DNA from: an uncultured Bacilli bacterium
GTDB lineage: Bacteria; Bacillota_I; Bacilli_A; RF39; UBA660
Length of the DNA: 64,000 nt
Direction: 5' to 3'
Assembly: GCA_947629405.1 (NCBI GenBank)
Contig: CANRDL010000003.1
Location: 11,526-75,525, forward strand
The position numbers were made by a program, and so were the translations under genes. This document shows, piece by piece, positions 1-8,229 of the stretch. How positions within the stretch are numbered: the first letter of the stretch is position 1; the number at the start of each line of letters is the position of its first letter. The notes beneath the pieces are model-generated. The model ran no database searches and was not told where the DNA came from. It saw nothing but the letters and a program-made list of their open reading frames with translations.

Positions 1-662
1 CTAAAAAAGTTGATAAAAATAAAAGTTATTCAGTTACTGAAGCAATTAAATTAGTTAAATCAACATCTATTACTAAATTTGATAGTACAGTTGAAGTAGC
101 TTTCAACCTAAATGTAGATCCTAAAAAAGCTGATCAACAATTAAGAGGATCAGTAGTTCTTCCAAAAGGTACTGGAAAAACTAAAAAGGTTTTAGTAATT
201 ACTAATGAAGCTGCTGCTAAAAAATGTGTAGATGCTGGTGCTGATTATGTTGGTGGTGCTGATTACATTGAAAAAATCGAAAAAGAAAATTGGTTTGATT
301 TTGATGTAATTGTTGCAACTCCAGATATGATGCCTAAGCTAGGTAGATTAGGTAAAGTTTTAGGGCCAAAAGGTTTAATGCCAAACCCTAAAACTAATAC
401 CGTAACAACTACACCAGAAAAAACTGTAGAAGATATCAAAAAAGGTATGATTGAATATAAAACTGATACATTCGGTAATGTTCATAGTATTATTGGTAAA
501 GTATCATTTTCTGATGCTGATTTAAAAGAAAATTTAGTTTATTTAATTAAATTAATCATATCTTTAAAACCCCAAGCTGTTAAAGGAACTTATATTGAAA
601 ATATTACAATTAGTTCTACAATGGGGCCTGGTATTAAAATTGATATAAATTCTATTGACTAA
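1..662 (+). CDS. rplA: 50S ribosomal protein L1, 5'-truncated by the window edge
   Basis: The frame is open from the window edge (codons from nt 3) and reads KKVDKNKSYSVTEAIKLVK...QQLRGSVVLPKGTGK...GKVLGPKGLMPNPKTNTVT. These are typical L1 motifs. It lies directly upstream of rplJ-rplL. Confidence 0.95.
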   Translation, partial: KKVDKNKSYSVTEAIKLVKSTSITKFDSTVEVAFNLNVDPKKADQQLRGSVVLPKGTGKTKKVLVITNEAAAKKCVDAGADYVGGADYIEKIEKENWFDFDVIVATPDMMPKLGRLGKVLGPKGLMPNPKTNTVTTTPEKTVEDIKKGMIEYKTDTFGNVHSIIGKVSFSDADLKENLVYLIKLIISLKPQAVKGTYIENITISSTMGPGIKIDINSID

Positions 663-694
663 TTTAAAAAAACAAGTTATACTAACTATTGAAA

Positions 695-787
695 AAGGAA
701 CCAAAGACAGTAGGTTTTTAAATCCTACCGAGGTTAGATTTATTAATAATAATAAAACTTTCCTAATGTCTTTGGGAAAGTTTTTTA
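695..787 (+). promoter_or_regulatory. L10 (rplJ) leader-like structured 5' UTR ending in an intrinsic terminator
   Basis: The rplA-rplJ gap is 144 nt. It contains a GTAGG(710-714)/CCTAC(724-728) helix. CCAAAGACA (701-709) is complementary to TGTCTTTGG (767-775). A terminator hairpin AAACTTTCC(755-763)/GGAAAGTTT(775-783) is followed by a T-run. The position matches the Firmicute L10 leader. Confidence 0.55.
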
Positions 788-806
788 AATTTATAAGGAG
801 GACATA

Positions 807-1304
807 ATGGCAAGTGCTAAAATATTAAAAGAAAAAGAAAAAACTATTAATGAAATTGCTGACAAGTTTAAAAATAGTGAATCTGTAGTTTTATTTACTT
901 ACCAAGGCTTAACTGTTGCTGATTTTAATACATTGAGAAGTGAATTAAAAAAAGTTAATGGGAATGTAAAAGTATATAAAAATACACTTACTAAAAGAGC
1001 ATTAGATAGTTTAAATATTAATATGGATGAATTTTTAGATGGTCCAAATGCAATTATGTTTGGTGAAAACATAATTGAATGTATTAAAGCATTAACTAAA
1101 TTTGCTAAAGATAAAGATGCTATTAAAATTAGAGCAGGAATTATTTCTGGTGAGTTAGTTAATATAGACACAATTTCTGAATATGCTTCTATCCCATCAC
1201 TTGAAGGACTTCTTTCAATGTTTGCTGGTGGTTTAATGGAACATGTCAGAAAATTTGCAGTAGGTATTAATCTATATGCAAAAAAATTAGAAGAAGAAAA
1301 ATAA
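807..1304 (+). CDS. rplJ: 50S ribosomal protein L10
   Basis: RBS AAGGAGG at 795-801. The 165-aa product has L10-like sequence and sits between rplA and rplL. Confidence 0.95.
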   Translation: MASAKILKEKEKTINEIADKFKNSESVVLFTYQGLTVADFNTLRSELKKVNGNVKVYKNTLTKRALDSLNINMDEFLDGPNAIMFGENIIECIKALTKFAKDKDAIKIRAGIISGELVNIDTISEYASIPSLEGLLSMFAGGLMEHVRKFAVGINLYAKKLEEEK

Positions 1305-1322
1305 GAAAGGAAGATAAATAAT

Positions 1323-1691
1323 ATGGCAAAATTAAAAGCTAGTGAAATCATTGATGCAATTAAAGAAATGAATGTTCTTGAAGTTAAAGAATTAGTAGAT
1401 TTAATGGAAGAAGAATTAGGAGTTAATCCATCAGCTGTTGCTGTTGCTGCTGCTCCTGCTGCTGGTGCTCAAGAAGAAGAAAGTACAACAAAAACAGTAG
1501 TATTAAAAGATGCTGGTGCTGCTAAAATTCAAGTAATTAAAGCATTAAGAGAAATTACTGGTCTTGGACTAGTTGAAGCTAAAGGTATTGCAGATAATGG
1601 TGGAAATGTTAAAGAAAATGTTTCAAATGATGAAGCTAATGAAATTAAAGCAAAATTAGAAGAAGCTGGCGCAACTGTAGAACTTGTATAA
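1323..1691 (+). CDS. rplL: 50S ribosomal protein L7/L12
   Basis: The N-terminal dimerisation region is followed by an Ala/Pro hinge ([12 protein letters not shown]) and the C-terminal [20 protein letters not shown] motif. Confidence 0.97.
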   Translation: MAKLKASEIIDAIKEMNVLEVKELVDLMEEELGVNPSAVAVAAAPAAGAQEEESTTKTVVLKDAGAAKIQVIKALREITGLGLVEAKGIADNGGNVKENVSNDEANEIKAKLEEAGATVELV

Positions 1692-1695
1692 TTTA

Positions 1696-1727
1696 AAGAT
1701 TCTGTGAAATGCAGAATCTTTTTTTTT
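1696..1727 (+). terminator. Rho-independent terminator after rplL
   Basis: AAGATTCTG(1696-1704)/CAGAATCTT(1712-1720) hairpin followed by a run of T. Confidence 0.8.
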
Positions 1728-1771
1728 AAGATAATTATGATATAATTATAAGAAGAAAGGGTAGTAAAAAT

Positions 1772-2389
1772 ATGGATAAAAAAGTATTTACTGATATTAG
1801 TTATGGGATGTATATAGTTAGTTGTAAAGATGAAAAAAATTGTGGCTGTGTTATTAACACCTTAATTCAATTAACAAATGAAAATCCTATAATATCAATT
1901 TGTCTAAATAAAAAAAATTATACTAATAGCATAATTAAAAAAACAAAAAAGTTTGCAGTTTCAATATTATCGGAAAATATTGATCCAAATATTATTTCTA
2001 AATTTGGATTTCAATCATCAAATGATATAGATAAATTTGATGATATTTTTTATGAAGAAAAAGAAGGTGTGCCAATTTTAAAAGATTCAATTTGTGGATA
2101 CCTTATTTGTGAAGTAATAAATATTATTGATGTTGAAAGTCATGATTTATTTATTGCTAGGGTGATTGATACTGAAAAGACAAATGATTTAAAACCAATG
2201 ACTTATAATTATTATCATGAAGTATTAAAAGGAAAAGCTCCTAAAAAAGCTCCAACTTATATCGAAGAAAAAAGTGAAGAAGATTCCTGGGTTTGTGATA
2301 TATGTGGATATGTTCATAAAGGAAATCTTCCTGATGATTTTAAATGTCCAATATGTGGGGCAGATTTAAGTCATTTTAAAAAGAAATAA
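1772..2389 (+). CDS. Flavin reductase-like (FMN-binding split barrel) domain fused to a C-terminal rubredoxin domain (Hrb-like high-molecular-weight rubredoxin)
   Basis: The N-terminal ~160 aa resemble the flavin reductase family. The C-terminus WVCDICGYVHKG...FKCPICGADLSHF has the rubredoxin CxxC...CPxCG signature. Confidence 0.75.
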   Translation: MDKKVFTDISYGMYIVSCKDEKNCGCVINTLIQLTNENPIISICLNKKNYTNSIIKKTKKFAVSILSENIDPNIISKFGFQSSNDIDKFDDIFYEEKEGVPILKDSICGYLICEVINIIDVESHDLFIARVIDTEKTNDLKPMTYNYYHEVLKGKAPKKAPTYIEEKSEEDSWVCDICGYVHKGNLPDDFKCPICGADLSHFKKK

Positions 2390-2447
2390 TAAATTTTATT
2401 TAAGTATTTAAAAATGATATAATTTCTCTAGAAAGTGGTAATATAAA

Positions 2448-3368
2448 ATGATTTGTAAAAATTGTAAGAAAAATATTTCTCAAAAATCTGAGTTTTGTAA
2501 ATATTGTGGAAATAAAATAACAAAAGATAAATTATCTATTATATCTAAAATATTTATTTTCCCTTATATTTTTGTAATGTTTGTTATTTTTATTTTAATG
2601 TTTGTTTTTCCTTTTGTAAATCAAAATAATAATAGTTTAACTAAAGAAAAATTTATTAATTACATGAAAAATAACAATTGTAATTTAGTTAATGTTTTAG
2701 ATAAAGAAAAATATGATGGTGTAGAATTTTATTATGTGACTAATAAACCTTGCCCTTATTTAGCCAGTTATACTATATTTGAAAATTCTAAAATGCAAAA
2801 TGCCTTTTATAACAGTTTAGTAAATGATGTAAAAAATAATTCAAATACTAGAAATAGTAGAGAAATTAGCATGTTAAATTATTTTGAAGTTTCAACATAC
2901 GGGAAAAACTTTAAATTAGCAGCATCAAAAAATAATGAAGTATTCTATATTTCTGTTAAAAATCAAAATACAGATAAGGCTGTAAAAGTAGCCAAAGAAT
3001 TTGGATTTTACTTTGAAGAAAGTCCTATTGGAAATAAATTAACATATATATTTATAATTATGTTAGTACTTATACTTATGATTAGTTGGTGGAAAATAAA
3101 TATTAAAATGGGAAGAAAAGGTTGGATTTGTTTAATACCAATTTATAATATATTATGTTTATCTAAAGATGTTTTTGGCTCTTATAAATATTTTATAATA
3201 TATTTAATACCTCTATTTAATATTTATTCTATACATATAACATGTTATAATTTAGGAAAAGTATTCAAAAAAAGTGAAAACTATTTAATTGGTCTTGTAT
3301 TATGTTTCCCATTATTTGTTTCAATGTTAGCATTTGATGATTCTAAATATATTGTTGAAAAAAAGTAA
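2448..3368 (+). CDS. Hypothetical membrane protein with an N-terminal zinc ribbon
   Basis: CKNCKK...CKYCG motif at the N-terminus, one TM segment, a soluble middle region and C-terminal TM segments (GRKGWICLIPIYNILCL). I recognise no specific family. Confidence 0.6.
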   Translation: MICKNCKKNISQKSEFCKYCGNKITKDKLSIISKIFIFPYIFVMFVIFILMFVFPFVNQNNNSLTKEKFINYMKNNNCNLVNVLDKEKYDGVEFYYVTNKPCPYLASYTIFENSKMQNAFYNSLVNDVKNNSNTRNSREISMLNYFEVSTYGKNFKLAASKNNEVFYISVKNQNTDKAVKVAKEFGFYFEESPIGNKLTYIFIIMLVLILMISWWKINIKMGRKGWICLIPIYNILCLSKDVFGSYKYFIIYLIPLFNIYSIHITCYNLGKVFKKSENYLIGLVLCFPLFVSMLAFDDSKYIVEKK

Positions 3369-3396
3369 TATAATGATTAAATTTATATTACTTTTT
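3361..3396. terminator. Bidirectional hairpin terminator between convergent genes
   Basis: AAAAGTAATATAA(3361-3373)/TTATATTACTTTT(3383-3395), flanked by A and T runs. Confidence 0.7.
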
Positions 3397-3462
3397 AATT
3401 TATTTTATTAAAAATGATTTAAAATCAAATCTTACATTACTTCAACTATAAAGCAATTTTTT

Positions 3463-4479
3463 TTAACTTTCAAATCTTTCTTCCCATTTATTTTTTATTG
3501 ATATTTTTTTTCCATTTACTTCTATTTCATCATCTGTTATCCATTTTATTTTACCTTTTTTACAAGTTGATATATTTATATCTTGTTCAAGTGGATCAAC
3601 TGTATTAAAAATATCTATTGGTAGTTTTTTCTTACCCCAATAAAATTTGTTTTCTTTCTTATTATTTGCTAATTTATAACTTTCACAGTAACCATAATAC
3701 TTTTTAGTAGGTGAAAAGCCTATATCAACTGCTTTGGTTGAATCTTCACTATTATGATTATAATTATAAGATTCTATAGAAAAAGTTAATGTCAAAATAA
3801 AGACTACTATTCCAATGAATATTAAAACTATTTTTTTATTTATTATAAAAAATAGTAAATAAGATAAAATTATTAAAAGATATAAAATAGGAAAAACATC
3901 ACTTAAAGGGAATGAAAAAACAATAGAAGTAATGGCTATTGCTCCCACAAGATTGTTTTTAGGATTTTTATAAATATAATAGCAATTAAAAATTGTTATT
4001 AATATTATTATAACCATAAAAATTATAGGATATATCTCAATTATTAAATCTTTTCCATTCGTAATATAATATAATAAAATTAATGATATATTAAATATAA
4101 TAAATATAATATTTTTTAAAGTATTTCGTTTTACATTTTCTGGCTTATTAATGATTATAAATAATATTATATAAGTTAAAACCATTAATAGATAAGCTCC
4201 TGTACAAATTAAGAATAAAGGAATTGATAAAATTGTCGCCAAAAAAGTTAATATTATTAATTCATCTTTAGGATGTTTATAAATGTAGTAACAATTGAAA
4301 ATTGTTATAAATATTAATAAAATTCTATAAAATATAACTATAAATATAATCCAAATTTTAAAATCAAGTAAAAAATCAAATGTTACATAAAATAATGAAG
4401 CTAAAATTATATTGCAAATAATAAATGTTTTTTTGGGGTTTTTCATTAATTTATTTTTAATTTTTCTAATTAATTTCAT
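3463..4479 (-). CDS. Polytopic membrane protein, paralogue A (internally duplicated TM module plus a ~100-aa C-terminal soluble domain)
   Basis: 338 aa. The module ITIFNCYYIYK(H/N)PK...FFIINK occurs twice. It is about 75-80% identical to the neighbouring ORF 4761..5591. Confidence 0.7.
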   Translation of the reverse strand: MKLIRKIKNKLMKNPKKTFIICNIILASLFYVTFDFLLDFKIWIIFIVIFYRILLIFITIFNCYYIYKHPKDELIILTFLATILSIPLFLICTGAYLLMVLTYIILFIIINKPENVKRNTLKNIIFIIFNISLILLYYITNGKDLIIEIYPIIFMVIIILITIFNCYYIYKNPKNNLVGAIAITSIVFSFPLSDVFPILYLLIILSYLLFFIINKKIVLIFIGIVVFILTLTFSIESYNYNHNSEDSTKAVDIGFSPTKKYYGYCESYKLANNKKENKFYWGKKKLPIDIFNTVDPLEQDINISTCKKGKIKWITDDEIEVNGKKISIKNKWEERFES

Positions 4480-4535
4480 AAATACATCCTTTATATTAAA
4501 ATTATAACATGAATATTTTATTATCTATAAAATAA
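4480..4535 (-). promoter_or_regulatory. Promoter/leader cassette, copy 1 (minus strand: ATGTTATAATTTTAATATAAAGGATGTATTT-ATG)
   Basis: Extended -10 TGTTATAAT, a short leader and an AAGGA RBS directly before the ATG at 4479. The 17-nt core TTATAATTTTAATATAA lies at 4491-4507. Confidence 0.6.
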
Positions 4536-4664
4536 CTTTTTTTATTTGTAAATTTTACATTTTAATTAACAATAAATATTTAGAATCATTAAAAACTAAC
4601 ATTTGAATAAATAATGGTATCATATAGATAATTTCCATAATATTAACGAAATTTAGATTTTTTA

Positions 4665-4760
4665 GAAATATTTTATTTTTCTTTTTTTACAAATTAGTAT
4701 ATTTGTATCTTGTTCAAGTAGATTAATTGTATTAAAAATATTTAGGTGTTTTTTCTTTCC
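4665..4760 (-). pseudogene. Decayed in-frame remnant of the paralogue B C-terminal domain, downstream of its premature TAG
   Basis: Downstream of the TAG (4761-4763) the same frame reads GKKKHLNIFNTINLLEQDTNILICKKRKIKYF*. This aligns to paralogue A residues WGKKKLPIDIFNTVDPLEQDINISTCKKGKIKW. Confidence 0.7.
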
Positions 4761-5591
4761 CTAATAAAATTTGTTTTTTAACTTATTATTTGCTAACTTA
4801 TAACTTTCACAGTAACCATAATATTTTTTATTAGCGGAAAAACCTATAACAACTGCTTTATTTGAATTTTCACTATTAATATATTCTATAGAAAAAGTTA
4901 ATGTCAAAATAAAGAATACTATACCAATTATGGCTAAAACTTTTTGTTTGTTTACTATAAAAAATACTATATAAGATAAAAATATTAGAAAATATAGAAT
5001 AGGAAAACTATCATCATAAGGTAAGGAATAAACAATAGTAGTAATAGCTATTGCTCCTACAAGATTATTTTTGGGATTTTTATAAATATAATAGCAATTA
5101 AAAATTGTTATTAATATTATTATAACCATAGGATATATCTTAATTATAAAATCTTTTTCATTCATAATATAATATAATAAAGATAATGATATATTACATA
5201 TAATAAATATAATATTTTTTAAAGTACTTAGTTTTGGTTTATTAATTATAATGAATAATATTATATAAGTTAAAATCATTAATATATAAGTTTCTAAACA
5301 AATTATGAATAAAGGAATTGATAAAATTATAGCAAAAAATGTCATTATTATTAATTTATCTTTTGGATGGTTATAAATATAGTAGCAATTGAAAATAGTT
5401 ATTAATATTAATAGAATTCTATAAAATATGTAAATAAATATATTGAAAATGGTAAAATCAAGGGTTAAATTAAGCAAAATATCTATTGTAATGGTTACAT
5501 CAAATAATAAAGCTAATATTATATTACAAATAATAAATATTTTTTTAGAGTTTTCCATTAATTTTTTTAAAATTTTTCTAATTAATTTCAT
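4761..5591 (-). CDS. Polytopic membrane protein, paralogue B, C-terminally truncated by a TGG->TAG change
   Basis: 276 aa, collinear with paralogue A. Where A has KFYW (TGG, complement of 3637-3639), B has KFY-TAG (complement of 4761-4763). Confidence 0.65.
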   Translation of the reverse strand: MKLIRKILKKLMENSKKIFIICNIILALLFDVTITIDILLNLTLDFTIFNIFIYIFYRILLILITIFNCYYIYNHPKDKLIIMTFFAIILSIPLFIICLETYILMILTYIILFIIINKPKLSTLKNIIFIICNISLSLLYYIMNEKDFIIKIYPMVIIILITIFNCYYIYKNPKNNLVGAIAITTIVYSLPYDDSFPILYFLIFLSYIVFFIVNKQKVLAIIGIVFFILTLTFSIEYINSENSNKAVVIGFSANKKYYGYCESYKLANNKLKNKFY

Positions 5592-5647
5592 AAATACATC
5601 CTTTATATTAAAATTATAACATGAATATTTTATTATTTATAAAATAA
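5592..5647 (-). promoter_or_regulatory. Promoter/leader cassette, copy 2
   Basis: Nearly identical to 4480-4535. The 17-nt core lies at 5604-5620. Confidence 0.6.
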
Positions 5648-5713
5648 TCTTTTTTTATTTATAATTTGTTACATTTTTATCTGTAATTTTATATAAATTA
5701 GCATCTTCATAGG

Positions 5714-6331
5714 TTATAGTCCAGGATTACCATCGTACATAGTATACCATTTATCATCTATTTTATTTCTATAGGAATTGCCTTCACTATCATAATAAAT
5801 ATAATCTTTGCTTTTACACTCAGGCGATACGCAATAGTCATATGATACTTCAACGCGATTAGTCCTAAATAAAATAAAATCTATGCTATAAATATTATGA
5901 TTAATATCTTTTATTTTAGTTATTTTCTCTAAATTTAAATTTTTATACTTTTCTTTTATAGTATTAAAATCATATGACTTATTATCATTGATATTTCTTT
6001 TTTTACACATTATTATATCATCTGATACATTTATTGTTATTTTGTTTTCAATGGAGTCACATTTAAAATTTTTTTGGTAATTAATTGATTCAATTTCATC
6101 ATTATCTAATAAAAATTGTGAAAAATATTCAAAATCTTCCTTTTTCTCTTGGAAATATGCTAATCTTTTATTTTTATCTTTATATGTATAAGCTAATTTA
6201 TCTTTTTGAGTAGGAATTGATAAAAATAGTAAAAAAATTATAAAGAACAAACTAGCAATTAATATAAAATTAAAAATATTAAATATTATACCTATAAAAA
6301 TTAATATATATTTCAAAATTTTCTTACTCAT
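5714..6331 (-). CDS. Hypothetical N-terminally membrane-anchored protein
   Basis: 205 aa with an N-terminal hydrophobic segment followed by a soluble domain. RBS AAGGAG. No family recognised. Confidence 0.55.
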   Translation of the reverse strand: MSKKILKYILIFIGIIFNIFNFILIASLFFIIFLLFLSIPTQKDKLAYTYKDKNKRLAYFQEKKEDFEYFSQFLLDNDEIESINYQKNFKCDSIENKITINVSDDIIMCKKRNINDNKSYDFNTIKEKYKNLNLEKITKIKDINHNIYSIDFILFRTNRVEVSYDYCVSPECKSKDYIYYDSEGNSYRNKIDDKWYTMYDGNPGL

Positions 6332-6390
6332 TTAATAACTCCTTTTTTATATTAAAATTATAAGATAAATAGTTTATTATTTATAAATCT
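6332..6390 (-). promoter_or_regulatory. Promoter/leader cassette, copy 3
   Basis: The same 17-nt core lies at 6347-6363 and the upstream TTTATAAATAATAAA block is shared with copy 2. The RBS here is AAAGGAG. Confidence 0.55.
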
Positions 6391-6396
6391 ATGGTA

Positions 6397-7179
6397 TTAA
6401 GCTTCATTTGATGAATTTTCAATATTTTCGGCTTTTTCTATATTTTCGGCTATTTCTTCTAATTCTGCAATTTGTTTTTTCCATTCTATGTATAATGTTT
6501 GAGATCTAAAAAGTATTGATTGATTGTTTTGTTCATATATAACAGATTTATCATTTTTTTGTAAAAAGTTAATTGTTTCATCTAGTTTATCTAAATAAGA
6601 ATTTAATTGTGTTCCAAGATTATCCGCTCTATTTTTTAAATTTTTAAAATTATTTTTATCATTTTTTGTATACATTAACTCTAAATAAAAATCGTAATAA
6701 TAATCAGCATCATCAAGCTTTTCTTTATCAAGCAAATTTTTAATAGTTTTTTCATCACATAATTTATCAATATTTTTAATTGCTTTATTAATATTGTTTT
6801 TTGTAATTTTAATAGTATTATGACTAAATGTAAAATCAGGTCTATCACTTTCTAAATTATTTACTGTTAAAAGATTAGAAAATTTTTCATTGTTTAAATA
6901 GGAATTTATTGTTTTAACATTATCAGATAGACTTTTATAATATTCTTTTACTGCTTTTTCTACATATGCATAATCTCCTTTAGTGTTTATTTTTACAGTA
7001 AAATCATCCTTTGCTAAATCTTTAGTATTATAATTTATAATTTCTTGTTTTAAATTGCTTTCTTGTTTTAAATCTATAATTGCTAGTAAAACAACGATTC
7101 CAATAAATGCAATAATTGTGATAATAATAGTAATTAAAAATATTTTTAAAACTTTTTTAATTTTTCTTTCCTTTTTCAT
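6397..7179 (-). CDS. Hypothetical membrane-anchored coiled-coil protein
   Basis: 260 aa with an N-terminal TM segment and a K/E/N-rich helical remainder. No family recognised. Confidence 0.55.
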   Translation of the reverse strand: MKKERKIKKVLKIFLITIIITIIAFIGIVVLLAIIDLKQESNLKQEIINYNTKDLAKDDFTVKINTKGDYAYVEKAVKEYYKSLSDNVKTINSYLNNEKFSNLLTVNNLESDRPDFTFSHNTIKITKNNINKAIKNIDKLCDEKTIKNLLDKEKLDDADYYYDFYLELMYTKNDKNNFKNLKNRADNLGTQLNSYLDKLDETINFLQKNDKSVIYEQNNQSILFRSQTLYIEWKKQIAELEEIAENIEKAENIENSSNEA

Positions 7180-7228
7180 AATATAAATACATCCCTTATA
7201 TTAAAATTATAACATATTATTTAATTAT
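7180..7228 (-). promoter_or_regulatory. Promoter/leader cassette, copy 4
   Basis: Minus strand reads ATGTTATAATTTTAATATAAGGGATGTATTTATATT-ATG. The 17-nt core lies at 7196-7212. Confidence 0.55.
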
Positions 7229-7260
7229 TACTACATATACAGTTGAGCACTTTACAGATG

Positions 7261-8187
7261 CTATAAATTATTGACTTTATCTCCTTGATAAATATTTCTT
7301 TTTTTCATTTCTTTGTCTATTTCATTCATAACAACAAACTTTTTTAATGTCCATTTGGGAGCAATTAAATCACTTTTTTTGGCATCGCCACAAATTCTAT
7401 GAATAACAATTTTTTCATCTAAATATTCCAGTTGAGTACAAACTATATCAACATATTCTTCTAATGTTAATAATTTAAATGGTTTTTCTTTATAAATATC
7501 TTCAAGTTTAGTGTTTTTAAGTATATTAAGCATATGAATTTTAATTCCATCAATTTTTAGTTTATTTAAAAATTTTACTGTTTCAATCATATCTTCTTTT
7601 GATTCGTTGGGTAGGCCGTTAATAATATGGACTACAACATTAATATTTCTTTTTTTAAGTTCATTTAAACATTCAACAAAACATTTTAAATCATGGCCGC
7701 GATTGATATATTTTAATGTTTTTTCATGTATTGATTGAAGACCTAGTTCGATAGTTAAAAAAGTTCTTTTATTAATATCTTCAAGATAATCGTAAACTTC
7801 TTTTTTTATACAGTCAGGTCGAGTGGCAATAGAAAGACCTACTATATCCTTACTTAATATTTCTTCATATTTTTCTTTTAAAATAGGGAGTGGGGCATAA
7901 GTATTGGTATTAGCTTGAAAATAGCCAATATATTTTCCTTGCCATTTATTATTCATTATTTTTTTTACATCCTCAAATTGTTCTGAAAGACTTTTGTATT
8001 TATTACCAGCAAAATCTCCACTTCCCATTTTTGAACAAAAAATGCAACCTTCATTATTTATTTTATGAGGACATGAAAAATTAGCATTTAAACTTATTTT
8101 AAATACTTTACTATTAAATTTATTTTTATAAAAGTAATTTAATGTATGATATCTTTTATTATCTAAACTATATTTAAATTTTTTCAT
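7261..8187 (-). CDS. Radical SAM protein, TIGR01212 (YtqA/YhcC-like) family
   Basis: The N-terminus KRYHTLNYFYKNKF...KISLNANFSCPHKINNEGCIFCS and the overall length (308 aa) are typical of TIGR01212. Confidence 0.8.
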   Translation of the reverse strand: MKKFKYSLDNKRYHTLNYFYKNKFNSKVFKISLNANFSCPHKINNEGCIFCSKMGSGDFAGNKYKSLSEQFEDVKKIMNNKWQGKYIGYFQANTNTYAPLPILKEKYEEILSKDIVGLSIATRPDCIKKEVYDYLEDINKRTFLTIELGLQSIHEKTLKYINRGHDLKCFVECLNELKKRNINVVVHIINGLPNESKEDMIETVKFLNKLKIDGIKIHMLNILKNTKLEDIYKEKPFKLLTLEEYVDIVCTQLEYLDEKIVIHRICGDAKKSDLIAPKWTLKKFVVMNEIDKEMKKRNIYQGDKVNNL

Positions 8188-8229
8188 AATTTTATTATAA
8201 CATGAAAAAAATAAATAAAAACCGTTTAT

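Larger units (their letters stand above)
3463..5647 (-). repeat. Tandem ~1.1-kb gene-plus-promoter duplication (copy A 3463-4535, copy B ~4665-5647)
   Basis: The coding regions, the 5' leaders (4480-4535 versus 5592-5647, nearly identical) and even the decayed 3' end of copy B all align at the nucleotide level. Confidence 0.85.

Noticed and set aside
899-1351. 150-aa minus-strand ORF antisense to rplJ
   Set aside because: It lies wholly within the well-supported rplJ/rplL coding region. Its product is low-complexity and hydrophobic, as expected for an antisense frame in AT-rich DNA, and it has no RBS.
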